In this document: piece by piece, positions 1-13,099 of the stretch
How the letters are laid out: each line of letters starts with the position of its first letter
Numbering within the stretch: the stretch's first letter is position 1
From: Hydrolagus colliei
Taxonomy: Eukaryota
DNA length: 64,000 bases
Assembly (NCBI GenBank): GCA_035084275.1
Contig: CM068755.1
Span: 12,400,001 to 12,464,000 of the forward strand
Direction of reading: 5' to 3'
Translations under genes and position numbers: made by a program
Notes under the pieces: model-generated
The model's database searches: none
What the model was told of the DNA's origin: nothing
Seen by the model: the letters and a program-made list of their open reading frames with translations, nothing else

Positions 1-536
1 TGTAACAAATCCTACTAAATTACAAAAATAATGTGGTATATTATATGTTCTCTTGAGTTGCACTTTAACATTGAAGTGAGATCATGCCTTGTGTGGAGTT
101 GCAAACAATTAAGCTAAGGATTTCAGATATAGGTAAGAGCGATAAATGTAATAAATTTAAATGAATGACTGAAAGTGGATGTAAAGTGGGTCTCAGTTTC
201 TAATTTGACTGCTTTGGGATAGCCAGTCCTATCTTCACCTGTCTGCATCACATTGATATCATACTGTACAAAACAATTGACTCAATACAGTTAAATATAA
301 CTGATTGTTGAATAAACAGTTCATCTCATTTTTTAAGGGCAACAACTGATGATCAGGTGTACTTCAACAAGTGCAGGCAGCTCTCTGATAACTCACTTTT
401 CGCATGTTAGCCTGAACAGTAGCAAAGGATTTTTAACCATGCTGTGGATAACGGGTGAACTCAGTCCTGTTTGTACCCAACATCCATATGTATATTGACC
501 ATAAAATGAATGTTGTTGGTAAAAGCATAGAATTTC

Positions 537-586
537 ATGTCCTCCTGATGTGAAAGGCGCTCTATAAATGTAATTTTGTTGTTGTT
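537..586 (+). mobile_element. Extremely 5'-truncated L2-type retroposon 3' tail (family L2b)
   Basis: atgtcctcctgatgtgaaaggcgctctataaatgtaattttgttgttgtt. Identical to the reverse complement of 56086-56135 and homologous to the tail of the L2 fragment at 52650-53033. Confidence 0.75.
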
Positions 587-2409
587 TAAAATTCAAATAA
601 ATTCTGAAATTAAAAAAAATTGCTTATTTTAATAAACGTTCATCTTATTTTAATCTAAGTTACTAAGAATATCCGAACCTCAACTAATTATATGATAGCG
701 TGTCATTGTTATACAAGCACATTAAATGCAAAAATTTATTTTTTTGACTTTGTAAACTTCACATAACCTGCTTTGACGTGAATTGTGAAAACACAGATTG
801 CTTTCCTACAACTGATAGAAATGAAAGCAAAAGATAATTTACACTAATGCTTAACACGAACAGAGCATTCAATATGAGTTACTGATCCCTATAATATCTA
901 TGAATTGGATTCTTTATCTTTTCTCTCTTAGACAAGCTAAGTGACACTTCTTAAATAACCTCTGAGTTCATTTTGTTACAGAATTAATTAATAGTTAATT
1001 GGTGAAGAATATATGTGGAACATGTATAAAGATTCATTGCAGAAATGCTCAGACGGTACTCTACAATGATATATGGCTATATGCCTATCATAGTAAGCAG
1101 GCTAGCACAGCCTGCTTGGGTTGCACCATTCAACCATCCACAAGACCAGAATGTATATGATTTAATTTCAGTGACAAACATGTCCCATATTGAAATCACT
1201 TTGGAGATGCTAAGTTTTCCCCCCTTCCATTATATCATCTCTCATTTTTTTAAATGAAGAGGTTAAGAAAAAATAATTTTACCAGCAAAGACAGAAGACA
1301 ATGAAACCATTCACATTGTCTGATTTCCACATGAATTTCTGGATTTTAGTTAGATTTTCAAACACTGGTTTTCTCTTTGAAGTACTTAAACAGAAGGTCA
1401 CAACCACTTAAACGTCAAAGCTCTGTACTTCGTATGAAATAGAAAAAGGAATTAGCCTGCAGTTGTGTATTATTGCACAGCTACATGGAAGGTCTTTTAA
1501 ATGCGACAAATTGTGCAATAAAGAAATCAATAAATGACTATTATTTATTGTGTAATTTAACCTTCAGAATTTTACGCCAGACTCACAACTTAAGTCAGAT
1601 GGAGTGTTTTGTTTCACCTTTGGAAACTTCAACCTTTTGGTTTGATTTTGTTTGAATACTGGAAAAAACTAACTGCTCGGGTTTTAGCTGCTATATTGAA
1701 TCCACATTACTCTTTCAAATTATCCTAGGCAGTTTGAATTTAAGAACTTAATTTAAGAGTTAATAAATATAACCAAGGATTTCTATAGCAGAATTAATCC
1801 GAGTAATATACTCTTCATTTTAGTCCAACGAGATGCAAGTTTGATTTAATTTCAGCAGAAGATTACAATTAAACCATAAAAATAGCAAGGTATTGGGAAC
1901 TTAGTACAAAAAAGTATCTGTTACAGTGCTGTTTCTTCAGTTTAACTACACTTTATATAAGCTAACACACCCAACTGTGCCATTGCATTTCAAACAGCTC
2001 TTACGTTCCTTCAAGGTCACCCTAACACACAAACACATAGAGCTGTTGCATTTGATATTTGCTACCAGCATCAAATGCTACAGGATCACAAATCACTGTT
2101 TTTTTGCAATGTTAATATAATGCACATTTCCATTTAGTCTTACTTTAATAAAAAAAAACTCTGCTAATGCAGTTGATGTGGGCACTCATTTCCCTGCGGT
2201 GAGTGAGAATCTTTTTTTGGTTCAAAATCCACTGCTGAAAAGGCTGATTAAAGTTAGCTCATATTTTGCCAGCCATGGAGGTCTTAAGTGAAATTAGTTT
2301 GTGCAGTTTCAACACTATTCCTTCTGGGTATGGGTTCTCAGCTCCAAACATAATAAAAAACTCTGTTCTAAATGTACATCCTTACTGAGAGAACACAAAA
2401 AAATATAAA

Positions 2410-2657
2410 TTATTTGGTTAATCAATCCACAGATGTTTGTGGAACACTGCTGTGAGCAATTGGCTGCTGCATTTCATCCTCAAAATATACAATCAATTCA
2501 CTTAACTATTATTTTAGTTCTGCCATTCACATGAGCTGACTTCATTCTGTGTTTTCAGTTTAATTGAAATATTCTGTAAAGTATATCCTGTGAAGCGCTT
2601 TGAGATGTCTCGAAGACATAAGGCGCTGTATCAAATGCACTTTTGAAAATTATTATT
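2410..2657 (+). mobile_element. SINE 3' half (L2-type tail) carrying a ~70-bp insert
   Basis: tgtttgtggaacactgctgtgagcaattggctgc...gtgaagcgctttgagatgtctcgaagacataaggcgctgtatcaaatgca matches the body and tail of the full copies at 25301 and 56949. There is extra sequence at about 2504-2577. Confidence 0.8.
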
Positions 2658-3654
2658 TCCAGGTACAATTTGGAATTTATTTTTGCCGTAGGTTTCAGCA
2701 TGAATTAACAATGCAACAAAGAGAATTGAATAAAAGGTGGGAATGTACAGTATTTCCAATCATATGCTTGATTCAATTAAGTTAAATTATTTTATTTAAA
2801 AATATTTTGTTCCAAATGATTTAAATGCCCTACTCATCAAACTGGGAGAGAAACCATGGTGCTAAACAATACTTTTATGAATACTGGCACACTACACGTC
2901 TCTAAGAATATTAACCAGGGTTCATTTACTTCAGATGCGCTGAGTGCTAATCCCTTAGATGAAAAGAATTTGCTGAACACTGCACATGGCATATTTATTA
3001 CAATAAATAGGTAGCTAATACAGTTGCTCCCCACTAGGAGGCATTGCAGCCTCTTTTATCCAAAGAGAAGTCTATTGTCTTTTTGACACCACCGTGGAGC
3101 TGGTGTCACTCCCTATTTAATGGTTGTCAGTAAAAAGGAAACAGAATGCACAGGGGTAATTAAAAGCAAATAGCAGCCAAGATCCAACTGCACTAAATGA
3201 TATTGCAATTAATACCAACTTGGAACGCACCTGGACAAGGTAACTTAACAGAGGATACATGTGCCTGCTGTATGTTTTTCTATATCACCAAAACGTGTAG
3301 CAGCACATCAGTGGTTATAGGGTTGGGAGGCAAGTTTGATGATAACTTTTACAATCGCACACTGGTAATGTTTTAACACATTGCTAAGTAAGCGTTTAGC
3401 AGTGCCCTATCAAAATGTGCCATGTGTTAGAAGGACCGCGGCTTGCAGCAGAGCTCATATTACACTTTTTAGGTTTTAACCACTTCATCACTTGTTTTTA
3501 GCATCAGTGTATATTAAGCCAAATCAATTCACTCAGGACATTCAGAATGCTACCAGGTATGAAGCTAATGAGAGTTTCCTGGATATAGAAATAAGTATAG
3601 ATGCAGTAACGTAACAAAAACATGTACACGTACACTTGTAATCCTTTTAATAAT

Positions 3655-3852
3655 CCTTACAGTTGAGATAGCAACTTTCACGTCAGGAAGATGTCTGAAA
3701 GCGTTTCGCAGACGAATAATAATAATAAAAATGATAATCCTGGCATTTGATACAGCACCTTATTATATCTTCAAGGTGTCCAAAACCGTTTCACAGAATA
3801 CACTGTAAAGTGTATTTTGTGCATTGTTGAAAGCGACAGCAAATTTGCCCAC
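3655..3852 (-). mobile_element. Two adjacent SINE tail fragments
   Basis: aataataat...ataatcctggcatttgatacagcacc...tttcacagaatacactgtaaagtg is the reverse-complement SINE tail. A second degenerate tail lies at about 3660-3712. Confidence 0.65.
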
Positions 3853-6811
3853 TTTCTTTCGGTGAAAGGCTGCACAGTTGTGCAAGCGGTATATTGGACT
3901 GCACTCTGCTGTGCAGAAATCTTGCTCTTCGCCTATCTATGAAACCGAGATGATTCCACGCAGCAACAGAGGGAGAAGCCTTGCATCAGTCACCCTGTGC
4001 CAGTGTCATTGGCAAATGTCTGGCTGCGTACCATCTGCTTGACCACGTACAATGGTTTGTGATATTGGACACATTGAAGGAGGAGCCGGATCATTTTATA
4101 AATGGAAAGACGGTGCGGTGGGGGGAAGGGAATGGGTATAAAAAGGAATAAATTGCAACTGTATATTTCAGAAACCCAAGGGTTGAAGCATAAGGCTGGT
4201 GAATGACAGCTGCTATCTCTCAGCTGTCAGGGAAAATAAATGCCATTGGGAATATCCCCCACTAGACCAGCATGTTAAAAGATAGAGGACTCTCTTCAAC
4301 CAGTATGACAACAGACCTTATAGACACATATCCTCCTTTACCTACCATGGTGATAGATACTCTACCACAAAACTGGGCATTTTAGTTCTACATCAACAAT
4401 TAATTAATCTTTTTTAAATCCAGAGGTAAACTTTTGAAGGCCTGCATCTGCCATAAATTTCAGTAATAATAATAAAAATTGAACTAAGGATGTATATGAT
4501 TTTTAGAATAACTGCTTTGAACCTTAATGGGGTTAAAATGTAATATGCACTGTTTATACAATTATCGCCAGTTAAAATGACCACATTGTGGGATATTCCA
4601 TCTCTGAAAAGATCCTGATTAATGACTGCTATCTAAGAGCCCTCCCCACCAGCATCCACACCCAGCCCTCCACCACACACACTAACCCATCAGAACTCAA
4701 ATTATATTATCCATTGCCACTAGCTGCAGCTGTTGAATAAGTCAGTGGCATCGCTGAACTCATTGCAATAGTTGCAATGTGGACCCCAGCATTTCAGTAT
4801 TAGGCCTGGGAATACTTGTCTTAATTGAATCTTAAAAATATACCAATCAAACTTCCTAGTGCCCCACTCCAAATTGCCAGAAAGGTAATTCGAACAAGGT
4901 TTGTTGAGATCGTGAAGGGTTAAATTCCCAAACCAGTCATATCATAAGTGATTGTGTAGAGCTAAATATGTTTTTCTTACACGTGCTTTTCAATTACTCT
5001 TGCGCTAGTCCTTTCAATCCTTACTCTTCCGATCTCCTTACAATGAGTTATCATTGGCTGCCATTTTAGCACTCAGATGTCATTTGTCTTATTGAAACAT
5101 GGTCTAGCTCTACCAAAGTGAACGATCATTCTCCTTCAAATATATCAAAATTCACTGAAATTCCTTTCCTCTCGACAGAAAATGGACTGTAGTTAGTGAC
5201 AGTTTAGAGAAGGCAACAAAATAAATGTCTGATGTTAGGAGTGAAAGCATGCTGCTTCCTCAGCATAGAAATAGCTTGTATGTAAATACAACTACTTAAG
5301 TATAAACATCTCAGCAATAGTGAAATCTACTAATGCATTCTAGAAGACACACTTTAGTTCTAACACTTATGAGCTGCATCTCAACATTTCTTCCAAGCTG
5401 TTTGGAACATCTTTTTTATTTCCTTTTGGTAAGGGTTAATCCGTTCATTTGTTTAATTAATGATTAAATGTGTGCGAAGGTATTTCAATAAGCATCTAAC
5501 CTAGACACTCAATATAAATGGACTTGTTCTAACTAATGATCTGCCAGCTTCTGAGTTTATTTTCTTTAATCTTTTTGAGAATGTTTTAATGGAAAATGGC
5601 ATACTCTGACCTTAATGAAATTGTGCATATTTTATATAATCCCTTCAACAAAGCCTGTGGCCAATTATCACATGTGGTAACTTTTCATTCAGTGGCTATT
5701 TCCTTTGATGCAAGTCTTTGAAAACATTGGATTTGATAAGAAGACTCAATTTACGTTTCAAAAGGTGCACAGCATCTTTGGAATTATCTTACAATTAACA
5801 TTAAAAATTAATTAGTACTATCTCAGACTGATATATGCTTACTATTACATAGAAAGACAGGCGGTTAATGCTATTCCTCGTGGTAAGAAATATTGTATGT
5901 TTGAGAGATTGTAAACTGATAAATTACTATAAAAAACATTTGGGCTGATAGATAGAAAGCAAACATCTTTAATATTTAAAAATATATCCATACCTTATTT
6001 CTTGTTTATATAATTTGTCACATTTGGAAACCTGCTTTTAATTCAGCGACAGTGCTTTAAGATAATTTGTTCAAAGGCTTTGGTTCACATGCTTTAAAAT
6101 AGGTACCAGTCAACAGTGCAGCAGTGAGCAACACAGTTACATACCTACTGTCCTGAACTTCGAGTAACCTTGGTCTCAGATATGAATATTCACATGTGAC
6201 CTGTTATCTTTGACATTAAATGGCAATGAAATAACATAACTCTAATGCAGCTTGTACAAGATCAAACAAACAAATGTCAAATAGAAGAGATCTATTTAAG
6301 GCATCAGTTGTTTGACAGAAGAGTCCAATTACAGAATTTTCTTCACCACTTCTGATCACGTGAGCACAACAAATATTGATTTTAGACTGGCTATGTATAT
6401 ACTTTGGATCCTACTCTTAATGAGAAATATGGTCACCCCTGATCTATGGCCTTTAACACAGTAATGCACTCTTTTCCGCTAAGTGGTCCATTGCCATCAG
6501 CAGAGACAGGAAAGATAGAGCTATATGTGAGGTTTCCAGACAATCGACCTGGAATAAGACATTGAATGTCCTTCATTTGAGAGAATAATACAAAAGGAGG
6601 ATCAGGCTGTAACGGAGCTAGAAAAGTACAATAATTGAGATGCCCTCTAAAAAGAGGAAAGCTCCCACCCGTTAGTTAGACTTTTTTTAGTTGAATGAAA
6701 GTTTGTAATATTTTTTTTAAAAACACAGGAAGACTTGGATAAAGAGGCAGTTCCAACTTCACTCAGTTTTCAGATCAATCACATGAAGTAGGAGAAAAAT
6801 ACTTTGTTTTA

Positions 6812-6846
6812 CATATATATAGATTCCTATATATATATATCTATAC
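6812..6846. repeat. Interrupted (TA)n microsatellite
   Basis: catatatatagattcctatatatatatatctata. Confidence 0.8.
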
Positions 6847-6934
6847 ACGTTTTAGGGTGCTTATCTCATGAGACTAATTGCATGCAGGGTTGGTGTGCAC
6901 AGTTAGCAGAAAACTGTGAGGCTAAATTCACCAT

Positions 6935-7035
6935 TTAAACTGGAAACATGAAATGAAGTCAGCTCCTGTGAATGCAGAACTGAAACATGATTTTTTAAAT
7001 AAAGAATTGATATTTCATAATACTTCAAATGCAGC
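6935..7035 (-). repeat. Diverged inverted copy of 2465-2562 (SINE body plus insert)
   Basis: ttaaactggaaacatgaaatgaagtcagctcctgtgaatgcagaact aligns with the reverse complement of 2512-2562. Confidence 0.6.
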
Positions 7036-7904
7036 AAAAGTTTAAAATTTTAGAACTATACCTGTTAGTTATACAATCCAATTATTGTAAGATTTAATAG
7101 ATATTGTGACAACAAACACTTTCAAACGCATTGAAGGACATTGAACAATGGAATGATAATAAAAGTGATGTCAATTCTGCACAAATTCCTTTCTTATTTT
7201 GATTTCTTCAATGAACCATCATTGCTGACTTAAACTGTCAGGTCTAGAAATATTAAAGAAAAGAATATTAAACGTTAATAAAAGATTGCGTGTTGTTTAA
7301 TAATGATTTAATTCATCGTAAATATAGGTAGAACAGGCTTGATGGGCTATCCATGTTTTCCTCTATGAATTATACTGACAAGTTTAGGGAACAATTAATT
7401 CAAGGCAGCTCATTCTGTCCAGTTATTCCTAAAGCATTCAAAGCCCTTAATTATGAATGGAAGTATCAAATAGACTGCAGGGATTGGAAAACCATTTGAT
7501 TTGGAAAACAGTTCTGCAACTTCCAGCTTAACTTGTTAACTGTTAGCATTTCAGTCACAAAATGACTACAGTATTTCTGAAATCAGTCCTGTTGAAACAA
7601 GGTGAAGATATAAAAGGTAAGATTATTTATTTGCATATTATTTATACAGTTCTCAGAGTTATCTGAATGGCACTGTGATAGTGTTTTTCCCTGTGATATC
7701 CCTACACAGGAATCAATGTTAACATCAAAGGTGACTGCATGTAGAGAAAGTAGAACAATGTCTTTCTCTATTTGCTGAAGTATCTTCCAGGTAATTAGCA
7801 AAATCACGTGAAGAATTTTGCCCCTGCAGGTTACATTTTTTTCAGCTCTCCAAAGAAAACTGTAAGCTCACAAGTCACAGATATGAGCTCCTTACACAGT
7901 TTTC

Positions 7905-8038
7905 TGGAAACTTGCGCAAGATTTCGCCCTGACCTGCCTGGATTTTCTCAAAACACAGGTCTCCCCAGCCTGGTCTCCCCAGCTTGGTCTGCCCAGCTTG
8001 CAAGACAAGTGCTCTAACCACTGAGCCACAGGAGCTCC
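7905..8038 (-). mobile_element. SINE tRNA-derived head only, with an internal 14-bp triplication
   Basis: Reverse complement reads ggagctcctgtggctcagtggttagagcac (A-box)...aatccaggcaggtcagggcgaaatcttgcgcaagtttcc, matching the heads at 25301 and 56949. Confidence 0.8.
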
Positions 8039-10169
8039 CCTTCACAACAGCTAATTTTCAATCGTGTTTATATTGATTATGGTATGGGCTTTCTCTTACT
8101 AGTACAATCAAGGTTGCAGTTTCTTAGCTGCAACCGTAGTAGCTCCCAGTACTGGTAAGTTGTGAAGTGATCTTTGGCTCCTGACACCTTTGATTTGTGG
8201 AGCCCAGATTACATATACAAGACTGATTAGAAATTCACTTTTGAAGTGCTGGTAAACTGGTTTAAATATCACTCAGCACATTTTAGGTCATCTATAAAAA
8301 CAGATATTTGCAGGTACCTATGACATGATTGCACTATTAACAAGTTGGTCTAAAGGTCACACCTTAGGCTAATGCTCCTGGCTTCCTTAAACATTGTTGA
8401 CAGTCTAAACACAGAAGACGGTATCCATTGTTTGCAATAATTTATTTGGTTAGCTGGATGTATGACACATGTTGAACTTCGTCACCCATGCATCCAAACC
8501 AGACTGAGACCTCCACATATTTATACCATTTATGGAGTATAGTGTGTGTTGAGGTATTGCTGCTGTTTAACCTATCTAAAATCGCGTAGCTTTGCATTGA
8601 GGGTACAGTTTGGAAAGCTTTCCACTGCTTGTTCAGCTCGGACCACCTCACCATTAGGGTTTTGACTTGCAGGGTTAACAGTATGCAAAAGTGCCTCAAC
8701 TTAGGAAACTATCATAAAGTATTTTGATGCTGCAAATTGTATTTCTTTTAAAATATATATTCATGACAGAATGGCTACCAGGTCAATACCAAGTGTATTT
8801 TTATGATGGTTTAGCATTTCAGTGGGTTTTATACACATACGTGATATACTGTGGGTGTTGTCAGTTTCAGTTACAGACACACACATAGGTGAGGGTATTG
8901 TGACAATGAGTGGTTTCAGGATTCAATAAAATATAATTCAGAGCCAAACTCAATGAACGCCACCATTGTTTATAGATGCTCTATGTGATATTTGGTATCA
9001 AATGCCATATAGTCATCACTTTTCCATGCAGTGCTGCTGGTACCTTGATTGTATAGATGATGTATGCATGACTATACCTCGGCCATGATTACCTTTAAAT
9101 GTCTAATTTATAGATGAAATGAAATGTGCTGAGTGAGAGTTAGTAGATAAATTATGCATAGCCCTGCACATCAGTTCACCGAATGTTGTTTTATTTTCCT
9201 ACATAAATAAAATACTTCGGAGAAACCTCACCATGACTGTTGCTCCTTTTCATCCTAAGGAAATGGAGGGAGCTGGGTTTGCACCTATGGTTCCCTCCTG
9301 CAGTGGCTTCCCAGTAGCAACCGTGTCAATCGGGTGAAGATACAGAGCAGTCACCAGATGTTTCTCCACATGGTAAGAGGAACCATGGAGACAAATCAAC
9401 CCAGGCAGTACTTGTGCAACTTCTGGTATCTGTCTGATAGGTCTCACTGTCAGAAGCCTGTGGGCAAATGCTTTCACTGCGGGCAATGCTTTCACTTTCT
9501 CCTGCTTTCACTTTTATTCACATAATGGTGCATTCAAGGTCAGAATTACCACCCAGTATCTGCCTGTAAAATCATTTTTGTTTTCCAGAACTGAGGAAAA
9601 TGCTTAAATCCAACTTTTGTTCAGGGGGGTTTCCTATATAGGAAAAGCCAATTTACTTCCAAATTAAAGTTGATTGCAATTTTTTCTACAATTCTATGCA
9701 ATCCTAAATTGCAAGGCTAGGTGTAGGTAATAGGTGAACTCTCAGCTATCTGAAAGGAGGAGCTAAAAGAGCCATACACAGTAACTTTGAAAAATGATGC
9801 AGAAATAATTGAATGAATGTACATTTCATTTATTTCACACAATCCATTGTTATAGAATATTCAAACGACAACAGCAGAGTATTGATTTGTTTATTTCTAC
9901 TCAAAGACTAAAGTCATATGAGCAATGCTATTTTTATTGTCAGTTATGGAAAAGATCAGTGCTTATGCATAATAATCAGTACTGCTGTAAAGTACTTTGC
10001 AAGTAGAATAGTAGTTAATTGGTTAATGTCCTTTTTTTTCTCGTGGCTCAGTGATTGAGTCTGGTTTAATATGATAGTTCAGTGGCCAAGTACTCAAATC
10101 CCTGCTGGTCTAGTGAGGGAGAATGCATCTGATCCCTGTTGACATACCGAGGGTTCTACTTGTGACAAC

Positions 10170-11500
10170 CACACATTATAATGAAGCCCCTTTTAAATTC
10201 ATATTCAGAGCGTCAGATTTGAAGCTCTCCAAATGCAAATTGAGATGACTTGCCCACCCCTAGTTAACATCCATTTTCACCAGGTTGGGAGGAGTTTCAG
10301 TCCTGGTCAATTAATCACATCCTCTATTTGCTTTCACTTAATCCTCTTGATTGCCCCCTTTCATTTTCCTGTTATTTCATTTTGTGGTCTTTTGATTCTA
10401 TCAATTTATTACTGATGTCAGTCCTTTCCTCGGTTACAAGGTGGAATGGTAGGAGCTGTAACATTCACCTTTCAGTTTAGTTTGCTAATGGTCACCAATT
10501 TAACTCTTCAAAGTGGAGGCTGGAATCCTTCATTTCAACTTCTTGTTACATCTTGTCATAATGAACAATATCTCTATTATGGTGTTTTTCTGTATTTCTA
10601 TCTACCTGATCACCACTTCTACCCTTCAAATTACGCACTGACGAAAAAGACTACAGATAAAGCAAGAGCTACAGTCAGGGGTTATTGTGCTCCATAACCA
10701 AAACCCCGGAGACAATGCACTTTCAACAAGCCCATGAATTTATTAGTGTGTGAATAGTTCTGACCTCTAATTTAATGCTTTAATCCCTTCTCACCTGCAT
10801 TACCGCAAACCTCCGTTTCTGACCTATTTGCCTCTGAATAGAGCATTTCTTTCGCTTTATGTTTTCTTTAATTACTTTACAATTGTATTTCCTTTGCCGG
10901 TCATTTTCTTCCCTACGTTTGTTCTGATTCTAGCACTTAATGTCATTGCCTACTTAATAAAACAAATTTAGCTGCCAAATTGCGAATCCTGCTGACAGTA
11001 TGCCGCTGAACAGTGACTGATTCCAGTGAAATAACAGATTATAGTTAACATTAAAAAAATTTACAACAGCGATAAGAGAGATCAAAAATCTGATTCTAAC
11101 AGAAGGAAAATGAATCTACTTTCTTTGGAAAAAAACAACAATCCATATCTTGTGACCAGCTATATCCTAGCTAAAGACTAAACCCATTGCTAATATTTAC
11201 TGCAGAACATATACTGAAATACCCAATGCAGCCCTCAGAGGGTTAATCTGTTTTGTGTGGACAATCTATCCTGCTCCTAAATGCAATGACAAATAACCAT
11301 TATTCTTTCATTCTGCACAGATAATCGAGGCAATTTAAAGACTTTAGTCGACATAAGTGAATCCATTAATCCTCTAGGATTTTACGATAAGTGGTGACTG
11401 TGAAATAGTGCTAATGCCACCGCAGAGGAGAGAAAAAAATTAATAATTAGCAGGTTAACAATTATCCAGTGACTACCAAATTGCTTTCACATTCAGCAGT
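10170..11500. promoter_or_regulatory. Candidate cluster of conserved non-coding elements (enhancer-like)
   Basis: No recognisable repeats and visibly more CpG than the flanks. Octamer ATGCAAAT at 10233 and TAATCC at 10339, 10781 and 11367. Inference only; conservation was not tested. Confidence 0.4.
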
Positions 11501-12242
11501 ATAGGTAAATTGTACCATATAAAAAAGGTCATAGATTATCAGGGTTAGTGCATTAACAATAGAAATACTAATGTCATTATTGTAAGTTATTATTGTGTTT
11601 CAATAATGTGAAAAAATACATTTATTTATAGACAGTAAGAGATGTTGAAGTAATATTTCTACCAATCTATCTTGCCTATCTTTTCAAGCAAGCCATACCT
11701 GAACATCCATAGTGGCAGATCTTTGGTTCTGCCAGTTGAATTAGTGTTGTTTTATTCAAAAAACAAGTAAATTTCCATAGTCGCAGCTCAGTATTAAACA
11801 AATTAAATGGAACAGGCAAAGATTGGTGTTTTCCATTATATGAACTTATTTTGGAATAGTTAAAAGTACAGGATTTTTAAAGGTGGGACAGAGATGTTAC
11901 AAAGAACCCAATGCTTGTTGTGAACTCAAAGTTACACCTGCTAAAGATTGAGTCCTTAATTTAAACATAAATTACCATGTTGGTTCTATCTTCCATTCGA
12001 TGGTGTTCATTCATGGAGAGAAAAACATCTTTGTTTCCCACATTGTTCTCCCCTACCTTTCTGTGGCTAGGGTCTACACAGGGATTGTCAGCAAGCTGTT
12101 CTGAGCTATTATACAATCACTTAACATTACAGCAAATCCATGTGAAGCTCTTTGAGACATTTGACAACAAACACACTATATATGTCGTAGGTATTTGTTT
12201 GTTATTGGTTAAAGATCTCAGAGATACTTGGAAACTGTTAGA

Positions 12243-12930
12243 CTAGAATAGTTTTGGGATTCTGCTTCCTCTTCTCATGGCAGCAGGAAGAGAATCTCTT
12301 CCAATTACGGTTAGGCAGGGTTTCTGTGGTAGGTTTTCTGGTTGCAGAATCATCTCCATTTCCCACTCCTTTAATTCATGAGCACTTAAGCCTCTTCCAA
12401 TCAATAACGCGCTGTCAGTTATAAAATGGATGGTACTGGATGGTACAATCTTCCTCAAATCTAGGATTATAAATCTTCCGTGTCTGGGAGAGCCACAGAC
12501 TGAATCTCCAAAAGCAAGAACAAATTTGTGAGCATAGGATGACTGGTTTGGGTTATGGTATGAGGATGAGGGTATTCTCCTTTCTTTAATACTTCTGGAT
12601 CACAATGGTTTTTGTGTCCAAAAACAATGGAGAATTGAAGAGTGATAAGGCCGTAAGATGTTGGCTCGTGTAAGAGAAATGTTCTTGTATTATGCTCTCC
12701 ACTGTAACAAACCGATCTGTGAAGTTAAGACTTATGGATCGTGGCGGATGGATTGTGCTCCCGTTCAGAGGGATCCATCTATGTCTTGTCTTTACTTGCT
12801 AGATATTGTACCAGTTTGACTTTGAGTCTGCTGCAAGTCAGCAAATGAACCAAGCCTTGGATCCTAATGACTAGTTGTAATGTGGCCTTTGGAATTTGTA
12901 GTGGAAGTTGACAAGTGGGAATGTAAATTA
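12243..12930 (-). mobile_element. Degenerate coding fossil, possibly the ORF2 C-terminal region of an L1/Tx1-clade LINE
   Basis: Minus-strand frames with stops and a frameshift give LVNFHYKF..W..AADSKSNWYNI*Q..LSLFNSPLF..DLRKIVPSSTIHFITDSAL..LKEWEMEMILQPE. The motif order weakly resembles the recalled post-RT region of fish L1 ORF2. Confidence 0.3.
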
Positions 12931-13004
12931 TCTTTTATATACCCTGGAACCAAGACTTTCATTTAAACAGAGTGAAAAGGAGCTTCCGATAAGTGATTGC
13001 TTAT

Positions 13005-13090
13005 ATTTGTTGTTCGCTATGGAAATATAATTGGCTGCTGGGTTACGTCCATAAAATGTACAGTGAATTCACTTTACAGTATATTCTGTA
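13005..13090 (+). mobile_element. SINE body fragment
   Basis: aattggctgctgggttacgtccataaaatgtacagtgaattcactttacagtatattctgt matches the SINE 3' body. Confidence 0.6.
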
Positions 13091-13099
13091 TATATCCAG

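Noticed and set aside
7958-7999. CRISPR-like or regularly spaced repeat array
   Set aside because: It is three abutting 14-bp units without spacers inside a SINE head in vertebrate DNA.
12570-12587. GYSPFF resembling the hepadnaviral RT motif GLSPFLL
   Set aside because: It is flanked by stops, has no downstream YMDD and is too short to be significant.
12730-12775. MDRGGWIV resembling the fibrinogen-domain motif DGGGWTV
   Set aside because: The surrounding CDM and QRR residues and splice sites are missing.
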